Below are positions 51,183 through 61,309 of a stretch of 64,000 nucleotides of DNA, one piece after another. The notes under the pieces were generated by a model that made no database searches, was not told where the DNA came from, and saw only the letters and a program-made list of their open reading frames with translations. Positions within the stretch are counted from its first letter, which is position 1, and the number at the start of each line of letters is the position of its first letter. The translations under genes were made by a program, and so were the position numbers. The stretch comes from Candidatus Gottesmanbacteria bacterium. Its GTDB lineage: Bacteria; Patescibacteriota; Microgenomatia; JACOXO01. Location: positions 2,294-66,293 of the forward strand of contig JACOXO010000014.1 of assembly GCA_016182365.1 (NCBI GenBank). Reading direction: 5' to 3'.

Positions 51183-52913
51183 ATGACAACAAAGTATATT
51201 TTTGTATCGGGTGGAGTAATATCTGGCCTTGGTAAAGGAATTTCTGCTGCCTCTATAGCCTTTCTTCTTAAAAACAGCGGTTTTAGAGTAGTTCCCATAA
51301 AATTCGAAAATTATCTCAATCTTGACGCCGGGATTATAAATCCAATTGAACACGGTGATCCGTTTTTATGCGAGGACGGTACTGAAGCAGACATGGATCT
51401 GGGAACTTATGAGAAATTTTTAGATCAGAATATGACCAGAAAGAACTTTGTCACTATGGGCCTTATTTACAAAACCGTAATTGAAAAAGAAAGGGCATTT
51501 GAATACAAAGGAGAAGATGTTGAGGCAATACCCCATATTACAGATGAAATATTTAGAAGAATTGAGATAGCCAGAAGAGACAATAACGCAGAAATAGTCA
51601 TAGTTGAGTTAGGCGGAACTGCAGGAGAATATCAAAACATTCTGTATTACGAAGCATCTCGTCTTCTTGCACTTAGAAATCCTGGATCAGTAGTGCATGT
51701 TCATGTGTCATACCTTCCCACCCCTCCGCATTTAGGGGAGCCGAAGACAAAACCAACACAGTTATCAGTTAAGTTTTTAAACACCATGGGAATTCAGCCG
51801 GATTTTATTGTTGCTAGAGCCGAAAAACCATTAGATAAGAGAAGAAGAGAAAGGTTTGCCCTGTTTTGTAATTTAAATGCCGACCATATTATTTCAAGCC
51901 CTGACGTATCACATGTTTATGAGGTACCTCTGCAATACTTAGAGCAGGATTTTCATAAAAAAATAATGAAGGCTCTTGGTCTTCCACAAAAATCACCTGA
52001 CCTTTCAAATTGGAAAAAACTGGTTGAGAGGATTAAATCCAAAAAAGACAAAGTTATTGAAATTGCAATTGTCGGCAAGTACTTCAAAACAGGCGAGTAT
52101 CAGCTAAGAGATTCATACGCAGCACTATTTGACGCTTTAGATCATGCTGCTTGGGCAAATAATGTCGCTATACAAACTAGATGGATCGATGCGGAAAAAG
52201 TAGAGTCCGCCGTCGCTAAAGCTATGGCGGATAAAAAAGATTTAAGTTATGCAATTACCGAATTAATCGGTAAACCCGAGGGGATTATTGTTCCTATCGG
52301 TTGGGGTCCAAGAGGTGCAGAGGGGATGATTATGGCTGCAAGTTACGGGCGAAAAAAACAGATTCCCTATTTAGGTTTATGTTATGGAATGCAGCTTGCA
52401 GCAGTTGCCTTTGCCAGAGATATTTTGGGATTACCTAAGGCCAATACTACTGAAAATGCAAAGAATACTCCTGATCCTATTATTCAGCTGATGCCGGCTC
52501 AGAAAGATATTATGAAAAGAAGAGCTTACGGAGGGACGATGAGACTAGGCAGCTGGGATGCCATTGTCAAAAAAGGAACAATAGCGTACACTGCTTATGA
52601 AAAGAATGGTAAATTTATTGACAAGAATAAAGGGTTAACAAGCGAAAGACACAGACATAGATATGAATTTAATGATAAATATGCTCATGATTTTGAGAAA
52701 AACGGTATGACAATTTCTGCCCGATCAGTAGTTGAAAAACTTGCCGAAATAATTGAATTGCCTCGCAATTCCCACCCTTTCTATCTAGGTACCCAGGGTC
52801 ATCCAGAGTATAAATCTAGACCACTAGATCCACACCCTTTATTTATTGAATTTATTGCGGCTTGCAAGGGCAATAAATCCAGCACCTCTGCAGCTAAGGT
52901 GCTGGATAAATAA
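51183..52913 (+). CDS. pyrG: CTP synthase
   Basis: KYIFVSGGVISGLGKG, KTKPTQ, GLCYGMQ, ERHRHRYE, QGHPE. Confidence 0.97.
   Translation: MTTKYIFVSGGVISGLGKGISAASIAFLLKNSGFRVVPIKFENYLNLDAGIINPIEHGDPFLCEDGTEADMDLGTYEKFLDQNMTRKNFVTMGLIYKTVIEKERAFEYKGEDVEAIPHITDEIFRRIEIARRDNNAEIVIVELGGTAGEYQNILYYEASRLLALRNPGSVVHVHVSYLPTPPHLGEPKTKPTQLSVKFLNTMGIQPDFIVARAEKPLDKRRRERFALFCNLNADHIISSPDVSHVYEVPLQYLEQDFHKKIMKALGLPQKSPDLSNWKKLVERIKSKKDKVIEIAIVGKYFKTGEYQLRDSYAALFDALDHAAWANNVAIQTRWIDAEKVESAVAKAMADKKDLSYAITELIGKPEGIIVPIGWGPRGAEGMIMAASYGRKKQIPYLGLCYGMQLAAVAFARDILGLPKANTTENAKNTPDPIIQLMPAQKDIMKRRAYGGTMRLGSWDAIVKKGTIAYTAYEKNGKFIDKNKGLTSERHRHRYEFNDKYAHDFEKNGMTISARSVVEKLAEIIELPRNSHPFYLGTQGHPEYKSRPLDPHPLFIEFIAACKGNKSSTSAAKVLDK
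52206..52231. repeat. In-frame TCCGCC...GGCGGA hairpin inside pyrG
   Basis: TCCGCCGT-CGCTAAAGCT-ATGGCGGA, read as SAVAKAMAD. Confidence 0.8.
52877..52907. repeat. CACCT...AGGTG hairpin forming the pyrG C-terminal tail
   Basis: ATCCAGCACCT-CTGCAGCTA-AGGTGCTGGAT, 11-bp perfect arms, read as SSTSAAKVLD. Confidence 0.75.
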
Positions 52914-52915
52914 CT

Positions 52916-54421
52916 ATGTTGTACGAAAAGTGCGGTATTGTAGGTATTTATAGTCCTACATTATTTCATATGCTACCACATGCCTTGACTGCAGCTGGAG
53001 GAGTACAGCATAGGGGTCAACAGGGTACAGGTATAGCAATTAAAACCAAAGAAAAAATAATCACCTACAAAAGCAACGGCCTTATTAAGCAGGTTTTTTC
53101 AACCAATATCATCAATAGACTAGATAAGCCAGCAGATTGGGTTTTGGTCCATTGCCGCTATGGCACTTACGGCAACTACGCCCGGGCAAATCTCCAGCCA
53201 TGTATCGTAAAAACAAAAGACAACGACACTCTGGCTGTCATCCACAACGGTGAGTTTGCGGCAACCAACGATTTTATCTCAGTTCTCAAGAATAAAACAA
53301 AAAAAAGACTTAAAAAAGGATTAAGTGATACCTATTTATTTAGTTTAGTTCTGGGTTTATCACAAGGAGTGAATTGGGATGAAAAAATAATAAATTGCCT
53401 AAAAAATGTCAAAGGTGCTTACAGTTTAATTATTGGAGTTAACGGAAGCATTTATCTGGCCAGGGACAAATTTGGCATTAGGCCGTTAATATTTGGGAAA
53501 ATAAAAGATGGGTATCTTGCGGCATCTGAAACGCATGCATTTTCAAAAATCGGCGCAACAGTGACAAGAGAAGTGGGGAAAGGCGAGATTGTAAGAATAG
53601 ATAAAAGAGGTCCGGTTAGCATCCAAAAAGAATCCGGCAGAAAATCTCATTTTTGCGATTTTGAATGGGCATATTTTAGCAGGCCGGAATCTCGCTATCC
53701 AACAACTGGTCAACAGAATAATAAAAAACCATCTGAGTGGTTATCAGTTAGCTTATTTAGGGAAAGAAGTGGTGCAATTTTAGCTAGTGAACATCCCTTT
53801 CCTGAAGCTTCTTTTGTTGTTGGTATTCCTGATTCAGGAATATCTTTGGGTACCGGATACGCAAATACACTAAGACTTCCCTACCGTCAAGCAGTTGTCA
53901 GGGATCATTTTGACAGAAATGGTCAGGACAGGTTATTTATGAGAGATGATGAAATGAGAAAAATCAGCAAAAAAGTACTTGGTAAACTATCACTTATAAT
54001 TGACGCCCGAATCTGGAAAGAGGCAGTTGTAGTCGTTGCCGACGATTCAATTGTCAGAGGTAATGTATCCTCAGAAGTAACCAGAGCAATTTTTTCCATG
54101 GGAGCCAAAGAAGTCCACTGGATAATTGGTTTTCCCGCAATTGCGCACAAATGTCATCTTGGGGTAAGTATCAGAAGCGGGGAGGAGTTAATTGCCACAA
54201 GACATAAGTCAGATCCAGTTAAAATTGCCAAAGAACTTGGAGCAACCAGCATTTACTATATTAGCAATATCGGGTTTATAAAAGCCAGGCTTTTGGGAAA
54301 GAAGTTTGTAAATACTACTGATCCAAAAAAAGCTTTTCTGGAAAATGGTGGATGCGGAGGCTGTATTACCGGATTATATCCAGTTACTCAAGATGGAGTA
54401 GAGTATGAAAAAAGCTCTTAG
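52916..54421 (+). CDS. purF: Amidophosphoribosyltransferase (divergent)
   Basis: EKCGIVG (N-terminal nucleophile Cys), QHRGQ, HNGE, YFSRPES, DDSIVRG, C-terminal CGGC. Confidence 0.92.
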   Translation: MLYEKCGIVGIYSPTLFHMLPHALTAAGGVQHRGQQGTGIAIKTKEKIITYKSNGLIKQVFSTNIINRLDKPADWVLVHCRYGTYGNYARANLQPCIVKTKDNDTLAVIHNGEFAATNDFISVLKNKTKKRLKKGLSDTYLFSLVLGLSQGVNWDEKIINCLKNVKGAYSLIIGVNGSIYLARDKFGIRPLIFGKIKDGYLAASETHAFSKIGATVTREVGKGEIVRIDKRGPVSIQKESGRKSHFCDFEWAYFSRPESRYPTTGQQNNKKPSEWLSVSLFRERSGAILASEHPFPEASFVVGIPDSGISLGTGYANTLRLPYRQAVVRDHFDRNGQDRLFMRDDEMRKISKKVLGKLSLIIDARIWKEAVVVVADDSIVRGNVSSEVTRAIFSMGAKEVHWIIGFPAIAHKCHLGVSIRSGEELIATRHKSDPVKIAKELGATSIYYISNIGFIKARLLGKKFVNTTDPKKAFLENGGCGGCITGLYPVTQDGVEYEKSS

Positions 54422-56321
54422 ACTGGCAATATTAATATCAGGCAGCGGCACAACAATGGAAGCGATTATTAAAGCTTGTAAATTTGGCAAGCTTAAAGAA
54501 AAAATCGATCCAGTTGTTGTTATATCAAGTAATTCTGCAGCTTTAGGTATTGAAAAAGCAAAGAAACTGGGAATAAAAGTTGAGGTTGTTAAAAATAGGA
54601 AAAATCTTCTAAAGACTTTAAAAAAATACAAACCTGATATTGTTTCTCAAAATGGCTGGCTGCCGCTTACTCCCATAGATGTTATCAGGGCTTATAAAAA
54701 TAGGATTTATAATCAGCACCCTGCTCCTTTAGATCCTAAAAATCATTTACATTTCGGAGGTAAAGGTATGTATGGACTGGCAGTGCATGCGAAAATATTG
54801 GATTTTCAAAAAAGGGCTGGCAGAAATTTTCCAACAGAGGCTACAATCCACAGAGTATCTAAGGAATTTGATACCGGAGAGGTCATTGCACGAAAGCAAG
54901 TACCTGTTTATATGTCTGATACACCAGAGATTCTGGCAAAAAGAGTTTTGCCCATTGAACATAAACTTTTTATCGATTTTCTTGATAGAGAGTACAAAGG
55001 ATTAAATAAAGTACAAACAAGAAAATCAACTCTTATAAAAAAAGGTGAGGAAGAATTTCTATATCCCCATAAAGTTCTAATTCTTGGAACTGGCGGTAGA
55101 GAAGACGCGCTGCGGTGGAAATTAAAACAATCACCATATATTGATAAAGTATATATTTCCAAAGACTTAGAGGTTGATATAAATAATCCCAAAAGCGTTT
55201 TGAAAACCTGTGGCGAATTAGGAATAACTTTTGTTGTTGTAGGGAGTGATGAACCAGCTCAGCATGGAGTAGTTGACTATCTTATAAAAGAAAAAATAGA
55301 GGTATTTGGTCCAACTAAAAAAGCAGCAATTATCGAAGGAAGTAAGGTTTTTTCTGATAAGTTTGTCAAAAGACACAAAATTCCCCATCCTTCCTCAAAA
55401 ACTTTTTCGTCCTATAAGAGTGCTTTAAAGTTTTTAAACAGTGATATTGCTTGGATTAAAAATGGGGTGGTTATAAAAGCAGATGGATTGGCTCTTGGTA
55501 AAGGAGCAGTTGTTTGTGATACAACCTCTAAGGCCAAAGAGGTTCTTAAAAATATAATGGTTGATAAACAATTCGCCAATGCTGGTTCTAAGGTGGTTAT
55601 TCAGCAAAAACTAAAGGGATTTGAGGTCTCAGTTACAGTAATTTCTGATGGTAAAAATTACTTAGTTCTACCATTTACTGAAGATCACAAACAGGCATAC
55701 GACCGTGATTTAGGCCCAAATACAGGCGGAATGGGTGTGGTTGCACCCCATCCCTTGGTAAATAAAAAACTGGCAGATAAAATAATTAAAAAAATAGTTA
55801 AACCAACAATTAACGGACTTAGGAGAGAAGGCAGAGAATTTAAAGGAGTGTTATACCCTGGTCTTATGATAGTTGATGGGAATCCTTATGTATTGGAATA
55901 CAACGCCAGATTCGGCGATCCCGAAACAGAAGCTCTTGTTCCACTAATAGATAATATTGATTTTTTCAAACTACTTCAGTCTGCATCAGCTGGCAGGTTG
56001 ATAAAAACTGGATTGTTGAATGTAAACAAAGCCAGTGTTGTAGTGACTTTGGCCTCAAAAGGCTACCCGGGTTCTTATACTAAAGGTATCACTATTTTTG
56101 GGTTGGATTCTCTCCTTGCCAATGATGTTCATATATTTAAAGCTGGAGTTAAAAAAACAGATAAAGGATATCAGACCTCAGGCGGAAGGGTATTAATGGT
56201 ATGTGTGGTGTCTAATTCCCTGGATAATGCACGCAAAAAAGTGTATAAGTTCATAACGAATAAAGGTGTATATTTTTCCGGTATGGAATATCGAACTGAC
56301 ATAGGAGGGAGGATAAGATGA
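54405..56321 (+). CDS. PurN-PurD fusion (GAR transformylase plus GAR synthetase)
   Basis: N-terminal LISGSGT, NQHP, GG.GMYG..VH, TIH.V..FD.G; then LGTGGRE.AL, IEGSK, KADGLALGKG, GPNTGGMG, EYNARFGDPE in one ORF. Confidence 0.9.
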   Translation: MKKALRLAILISGSGTTMEAIIKACKFGKLKEKIDPVVVISSNSAALGIEKAKKLGIKVEVVKNRKNLLKTLKKYKPDIVSQNGWLPLTPIDVIRAYKNRIYNQHPAPLDPKNHLHFGGKGMYGLAVHAKILDFQKRAGRNFPTEATIHRVSKEFDTGEVIARKQVPVYMSDTPEILAKRVLPIEHKLFIDFLDREYKGLNKVQTRKSTLIKKGEEEFLYPHKVLILGTGGREDALRWKLKQSPYIDKVYISKDLEVDINNPKSVLKTCGELGITFVVVGSDEPAQHGVVDYLIKEKIEVFGPTKKAAIIEGSKVFSDKFVKRHKIPHPSSKTFSSYKSALKFLNSDIAWIKNGVVIKADGLALGKGAVVCDTTSKAKEVLKNIMVDKQFANAGSKVVIQQKLKGFEVSVTVISDGKNYLVLPFTEDHKQAYDRDLGPNTGGMGVVAPHPLVNKKLADKIIKKIVKPTINGLRREGREFKGVLYPGLMIVDGNPYVLEYNARFGDPETEALVPLIDNIDFFKLLQSASAGRLIKTGLLNVNKASVVVTLASKGYPGSYTKGITIFGLDSLLANDVHIFKAGVKKTDKGYQTSGGRVLMVCVVSNSLDNARKKVYKFITNKGVYFSGMEYRTDIGGRIR

Positions 56322-59158
56322 TAACCAGAATTGAAATTTCGTCTATCGACTCTGATTTTATAACCGTTTATACAATTGATAAAAAACTCTCTTCACAGCA
56401 AATATCTCAAATTGCTGATATTTTAACAAATCCTGTTAGCCAAAAAGCTAGTATCAATAAACAATCAAAGACAAATAAGTTTTTGTATGCTTATGAAATA
56501 GGTTTTTTGCCTGGAGTAACTGACAATATTGCCAATACCAGCAAAGAAATAATTGAAGATAAGTTAAAAAACAAATTCCGTCCAGGTGAAGGAGTATATA
56601 GTTCAAAATTATTTTTCGCAACTAGTAAACCTGACTCTTCAAAACTAATCAATCCGCTTATTCAAAGAATCCACATTAAATCCAAAAAAGATTATTTAAA
56701 AAATAAAGGGATGGATAAAATTGTCCCCAAAGTCAATCTTTCTGGCAAACTAAAAGTAGATTTAGTTGATTTGAATGTTTCTGATGAGGAGCTAACAGAA
56801 ATTGGAAAGTCGGGAATTAAAGACAAGAATGGTACACGAAGAGGGCCTTTGGCTTTGGATTTGACATATATGAAAACTATTGCCAAATATTTTAAAAAGC
56901 ATAAAAGAAAACCGACAGATGTTGAGTTAGAATCAATAGCTCAGACGTGGTCGGAGCACTGTAAACATACAATATTTGCTGATCCTATTGATGAAATTAA
57001 AGAAGGACTATTTAAAACCTATATTAAGGGAGCCACGGTTAAGATTAATAAACCATTTTGCGTTTCAGTGTTTACAGACAATTCTGGCGCAATTGAATTT
57101 GATAAAGATTATTTAATTACCCACAAAGTTGAGACCCACAACAGCCCTTCAGCTCTGGACCCATTTGGCGGAGCAATTACAGGAATTGTTGGAGTTAACA
57201 GGGATGCTATTGGTTTTGGATTAGGCGCAAAACCAATTGTTAATACCTATGGTTTTTGTTTTGCTCCGCCTGCTTTGGATAAGAAAGTAATTTTGTATAA
57301 AGATAAAAATCTTTCAAATAAAATGCTTCCTCCATTAAAAATTTTGCAAGGTGTTGTTGATGGAGTTAATAGTGGTGGAAACTGTTCAGGTATCCCAACA
57401 ACTCAAGGATTTTTAGTTTTTGATAATAGATTTGCTGGAAAACCATTAGTATTTGTTGGAACCGTGGGGCTTATACCCAAAAATGCTTACCGTAAAAAAG
57501 CGCAAAAAGGAGATTATATTGTAATGGTTGGAGGAAGAGTAGGGCAGGACGGGATTCATGGCGCAACATTTTCCTCAGAAGCTTTAGACTCAGGGAGTCC
57601 GGCAACAGCAGTACAAATCGGTGACCCAATTACTCAGAAAAAATTATCAGACGCGTTAATTAAAGAGGCAAGAAAACTTAATTTATATAACTCAATTACA
57701 GATAATGGTGCTGGGGGACTTTCCTGTAGTGTTGCTGAGATGGCTAAAGAATGCGGCGGTTGTATAGTTGAGTTAGACAAAGTACCTCTTAAATATCCTG
57801 GTCTTGAGCCTTGGAAAATCTGGATATCTGAATCTCAGGAGAGAATGACCTTGGCAGTACCAGCCAAAGAATGGAAAAAGTTTTATAATCTTATGAGAAA
57901 ACGGGGCGTTGAAGCAACAGTAATTGGTGAATTTAACGATTCAGGTAGATGTGTTGTTGATTATAAGGGAAAGCGGGTTATGGATATTGATATGCAGTTT
58001 TTGCATTATGGTCTTCCGAAAAGGCCAATGAAAACAGTTAAGGATGATGTGGTTCTGAAAGAACCAAAACTGGCAAAAGTAAATAATCTTACTAGTGTCC
58101 TTAACAATATGCTATCAAGGTTAAATATCTGCGGTTATGAATTTATTTCCAAACAATATGACCACGAAGTTCAGGCATCCTCGGTTTTAAAACCGCTTGC
58201 AGGCAAAAGGAGAATAAATACTGAAGTTACAGCTGTAAGACCAAGATTAGATTCCAATAAAGCTGTTATTTTGTCTCAAGGGATACTGCCATTTTATAGT
58301 GATATCGATACCTATCATATGGCATCCTCATCAATTGATACGGCAATAAGAAATGTTGTTGCAGCAGGAGGAGATCCCAATACTATTGCTCTTCTTGATA
58401 ATTTTTGCTGGTGCAGTTCCAATGATTCATATAGACTTTATCAGTTAAAGCAGGCTGCAAAGGCCTGCAGCGATTATTCGCTCCTGTATAAAACGCCGTT
58501 TATTTCAGGTAAAGATAGCATGTTTAATGATTTTAAAGGTTATGATAAACAGGGTAAACCGATAAAAATATCAATTCCCCCGACGCTTCTTATATCCTCA
58601 ATCTGCGTTATTGATAATTATTTAAAAGTTGTATCGATAGATGTTAAGTTTCCCGGAGATCTAGTTTATATTCTCGGCGATACTTATAACGAATTAGGCG
58701 CATCAGAATATTTTTCAATGCTGGGATATATTGGCAATTGCGTTCCTAAAATAGATGCGATTAAAAACAGAAAATTATATAACCAGTTTTACAAAGCTGT
58801 AAAAAATAATTTAGTGGCATCAGCTATCAGCGTTGGAAGGGGAGGATTTGGAGTAGCTTTAGCTAAAACAGCAATGTCTGGTAATTTAGGCATGGATATC
58901 TCTTTGGGTAAACTTCCGGGTAAATTTACAAGAGATGAGTTTGCATTATTTTCTGAATCACAAGGAAGGACTATTGCAACAGTTGCACCTCAAAATAAAA
59001 AAATGTTTGAGAAATTATTTAAAGGATTAAGTATTGCGCTTATTGGGAAAGTTACCTCTAATAAAAATATCATAATAAATGTTGGTAAGAAAAAAATTGT
59101 CGATCTGTCTTTACAAACAGCTTTAAAATCATATAAATCCAATTTTAAAAATTTGTGA
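56318..59158 (+). CDS. purL: FGAM synthase synthetase subunit PurL
   Basis: QTWSEHCKH, KVETHNSPS, DNGAGG, SESQERM, GKDSM. Confidence 0.95.
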   Translation: MITRIEISSIDSDFITVYTIDKKLSSQQISQIADILTNPVSQKASINKQSKTNKFLYAYEIGFLPGVTDNIANTSKEIIEDKLKNKFRPGEGVYSSKLFFATSKPDSSKLINPLIQRIHIKSKKDYLKNKGMDKIVPKVNLSGKLKVDLVDLNVSDEELTEIGKSGIKDKNGTRRGPLALDLTYMKTIAKYFKKHKRKPTDVELESIAQTWSEHCKHTIFADPIDEIKEGLFKTYIKGATVKINKPFCVSVFTDNSGAIEFDKDYLITHKVETHNSPSALDPFGGAITGIVGVNRDAIGFGLGAKPIVNTYGFCFAPPALDKKVILYKDKNLSNKMLPPLKILQGVVDGVNSGGNCSGIPTTQGFLVFDNRFAGKPLVFVGTVGLIPKNAYRKKAQKGDYIVMVGGRVGQDGIHGATFSSEALDSGSPATAVQIGDPITQKKLSDALIKEARKLNLYNSITDNGAGGLSCSVAEMAKECGGCIVELDKVPLKYPGLEPWKIWISESQERMTLAVPAKEWKKFYNLMRKRGVEATVIGEFNDSGRCVVDYKGKRVMDIDMQFLHYGLPKRPMKTVKDDVVLKEPKLAKVNNLTSVLNNMLSRLNICGYEFISKQYDHEVQASSVLKPLAGKRRINTEVTAVRPRLDSNKAVILSQGILPFYSDIDTYHMASSSIDTAIRNVVAAGGDPNTIALLDNFCWCSSNDSYRLYQLKQAAKACSDYSLLYKTPFISGKDSMFNDFKGYDKQGKPIKISIPPTLLISSICVIDNYLKVVSIDVKFPGDLVYILGDTYNELGASEYFSMLGYIGNCVPKIDAIKNRKLYNQFYKAVKNNLVASAISVGRGGFGVALAKTAMSGNLGMDISLGKLPGKFTRDEFALFSESQGRTIATVAPQNKKMFEKLFKGLSIALIGKVTSNKNIIINVGKKKIVDLSLQTALKSYKSNFKNL

Positions 59159-59928
59159 GAAAGCCAAAGGTTATTGTACTTTCTGGATACGGTTTAAATT
59201 GTGAAGAGGAAACTAAATTTGCTTTTGATATAGCAGGTGCAAAAACTGATATTGTTCACATTAATGATCTTATTGACAAAACATATTCTTTAAAGAATTA
59301 TCAGGTTATCGCAATTCCGGGAGGTTTTTCTTACGGAGACGATACAGGGAGCGGCAATGCCTACGCTCTTAAGTTAAAAAACCATCTCTGGGAAGATATT
59401 TTAAATTTTATAGAAAAAGACACTCTTGTAATTGGGATTTGCAACGGTTTTCAGATTTTAGTAAGACTGGGTATTTTCGCTAATGTTGCACTGACACATA
59501 ACACTAAACCGAGGTATTTAAACAGGTGGGTGGATTTAGAAATAACAAATGATTCTCCATGGCTTAGTCGTATTGATAAGCTTTCTCTCCCAATTGCCCA
59601 CGGAGAGGGTAGATTTTATGCATCAAAACAGGTTTTGGATAAACTAACAACAAAAAAAATGATAGCTTTAGAATATGTTAAAGGCGAAATGTGTCAGTAT
59701 CAAAATTTGCAAGCTAACCCTAATGGTTCAATGAGAAATATTGCCGGAATTACAGATGAGACGGGAAGAATTTTAGGTTTAATGCCCCATCCGGAAAGAG
59801 GTATGTTTTTTAGTCAAAGACCAGATTTTCCCTTGCTTAAAGAAAAATATTTACGGGAAAGAAGAAAACTTCCAGAGACGGTTGATGGAATTAAAATTTT
59901 TCAAAACGCTGTAAACTACTTCAGATAA
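59155..59928 (+). CDS. purQ: FGAM synthase glutaminase subunit PurQ
   Basis: PGGFSYGD, GICNGFQ, AHGEG, NPNGS, MPHPER. Confidence 0.95.
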   Translation: MRKPKVIVLSGYGLNCEEETKFAFDIAGAKTDIVHINDLIDKTYSLKNYQVIAIPGGFSYGDDTGSGNAYALKLKNHLWEDILNFIEKDTLVIGICNGFQILVRLGIFANVALTHNTKPRYLNRWVDLEITNDSPWLSRIDKLSLPIAHGEGRFYASKQVLDKLTTKKMIALEYVKGEMCQYQNLQANPNGSMRNIAGITDETGRILGLMPHPERGMFFSQRPDFPLLKEKYLRERRKLPETVDGIKIFQNAVNYFR

Positions 59929-59929
59929 T

Positions 59930-61309
59930 ATGATAGACTTTTCAAATTATCAGTCAGTTTTCTCCTGGAGATATGGGTCCAGTGAAATGCGCAAACTTTT
60001 AAGCCTTGAGCACAGGTTTAAAACCTGGAGAAAAATATGGGTTGGTCTTGCCAAAGCCCAATGGGAGAAGGGGATTATCAAAAAAAGTGAGTATGAAGAT
60101 TTAAAAAAACAGCAGAATAATATTGATTTAGAAAAAATATTTGAAATTGAAAAAATAACAAAACATGACGTTGTTGCAGCAATAAGAGAGTTTGCAGGTA
60201 AGGCAAAAAAAAGTGGAGGAAAAATTCATTTAGGTTTAACTAGCATGGATGTTGTTGATAATGGTGATGTATTAATTGCCAAACAAGCACTTTCAATCAT
60301 TCAGGATAAAATAATCAGTTTATTAAAAGAGTTTAATAAGCAGATTAAAAAATATCATGATTTTGTCTGTATTGGCTTTACCCATCTTCAGCCGGCAGAG
60401 CCAACAACTGTTGGCTATAGAATCAGTTTTTACGCCCAGGATTTACTGATAGATTTAGAGTTTTTAAATTTTATAAAAATTATTTATAAAGGTAAGGGAA
60501 TAAAGGGGGCTGTAGGCACTGGCGCTAGTTTTAAAAGATTAACAACTGATTCAATATCACTTGAAAGCAAGGTTATGAAACAGTTGGGGATAGATTCAGT
60601 TGATGTTTCAAGTCAGGTGGTAACTAGAAAATTTGATTTTCTAATATTGACTTTTTTAGCCTCAGTTTCCTCGTCAGTTTCTAAGTTTGCTGAAGATCTT
60701 AGAATTCTCCAATCCCCTACCATAGGGGAGTGGAGTGAGCCTTTTGGGAAAACTCAGGTAGGATCATCAGCCATGCCATTTAAGAAAAATCCAGTAAATA
60801 GTGAGAAAATTTGTTCACTAGCAAGATACGTCGCACAATTACCAAACGTTGTTTTACAAAATGCAACGCTTTCTCATTTAGAAAGGACTCTTGATGATTC
60901 AGCCAATAGAAGGATAGTTGTCCCTGAGTCCTTCCTGGCAGTTGATGAAATTTTAGATACGGCAATTAAAATCGCTTCGGGAATGATTATAAACACAAAA
61001 AATATACAGAAGAATTTAAATACCTATGCTCCGTTTTCAGCTATAGAAATAATTATTGCCGAGGTTGTTAAAAAAGGGGCAGATAGACAAAAGGTGCATG
61101 AGGAAATAAGGGTAATATCCATGCAAGCGTGGGATGCAATAAATCAGGGTAGGGACAATCCAATCAAAATGTTAATTGAAGAGAATAAGTATATAAGGAA
61201 GTATTTAAAAAAGGAGGAGATTAGAAAGCTTAATGATGTAAAGGGGCATATTGGTGATGTTTCAGTTAGATCCTTAAGGATTGCAAATAAAATTGACAAG
61301 TTAACATGA
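59930..61309 (+). CDS. purB: Adenylosuccinate lyase
   Basis: HDV, IHLGLTS, FTHLQPA, GSSAMPFKKNP signature. Confidence 0.95.
   Translation: MIDFSNYQSVFSWRYGSSEMRKLLSLEHRFKTWRKIWVGLAKAQWEKGIIKKSEYEDLKKQQNNIDLEKIFEIEKITKHDVVAAIREFAGKAKKSGGKIHLGLTSMDVVDNGDVLIAKQALSIIQDKIISLLKEFNKQIKKYHDFVCIGFTHLQPAEPTTVGYRISFYAQDLLIDLEFLNFIKIIYKGKGIKGAVGTGASFKRLTTDSISLESKVMKQLGIDSVDVSSQVVTRKFDFLILTFLASVSSSVSKFAEDLRILQSPTIGEWSEPFGKTQVGSSAMPFKKNPVNSEKICSLARYVAQLPNVVLQNATLSHLERTLDDSANRRIVVPESFLAVDEILDTAIKIASGMIINTKNIQKNLNTYAPFSAIEIIIAEVVKKGADRQKVHEEIRVISMQAWDAINQGRDNPIKMLIEENKYIRKYLKKEEIRKLNDVKGHIGDVSVRSLRIANKIDKLT

Noticed and set aside
50890-51353. Short ORFs over the pyrG leader
   Set aside because: They overlap the CBS gene or pyrG and the structured leader, and have no recognisable motifs.
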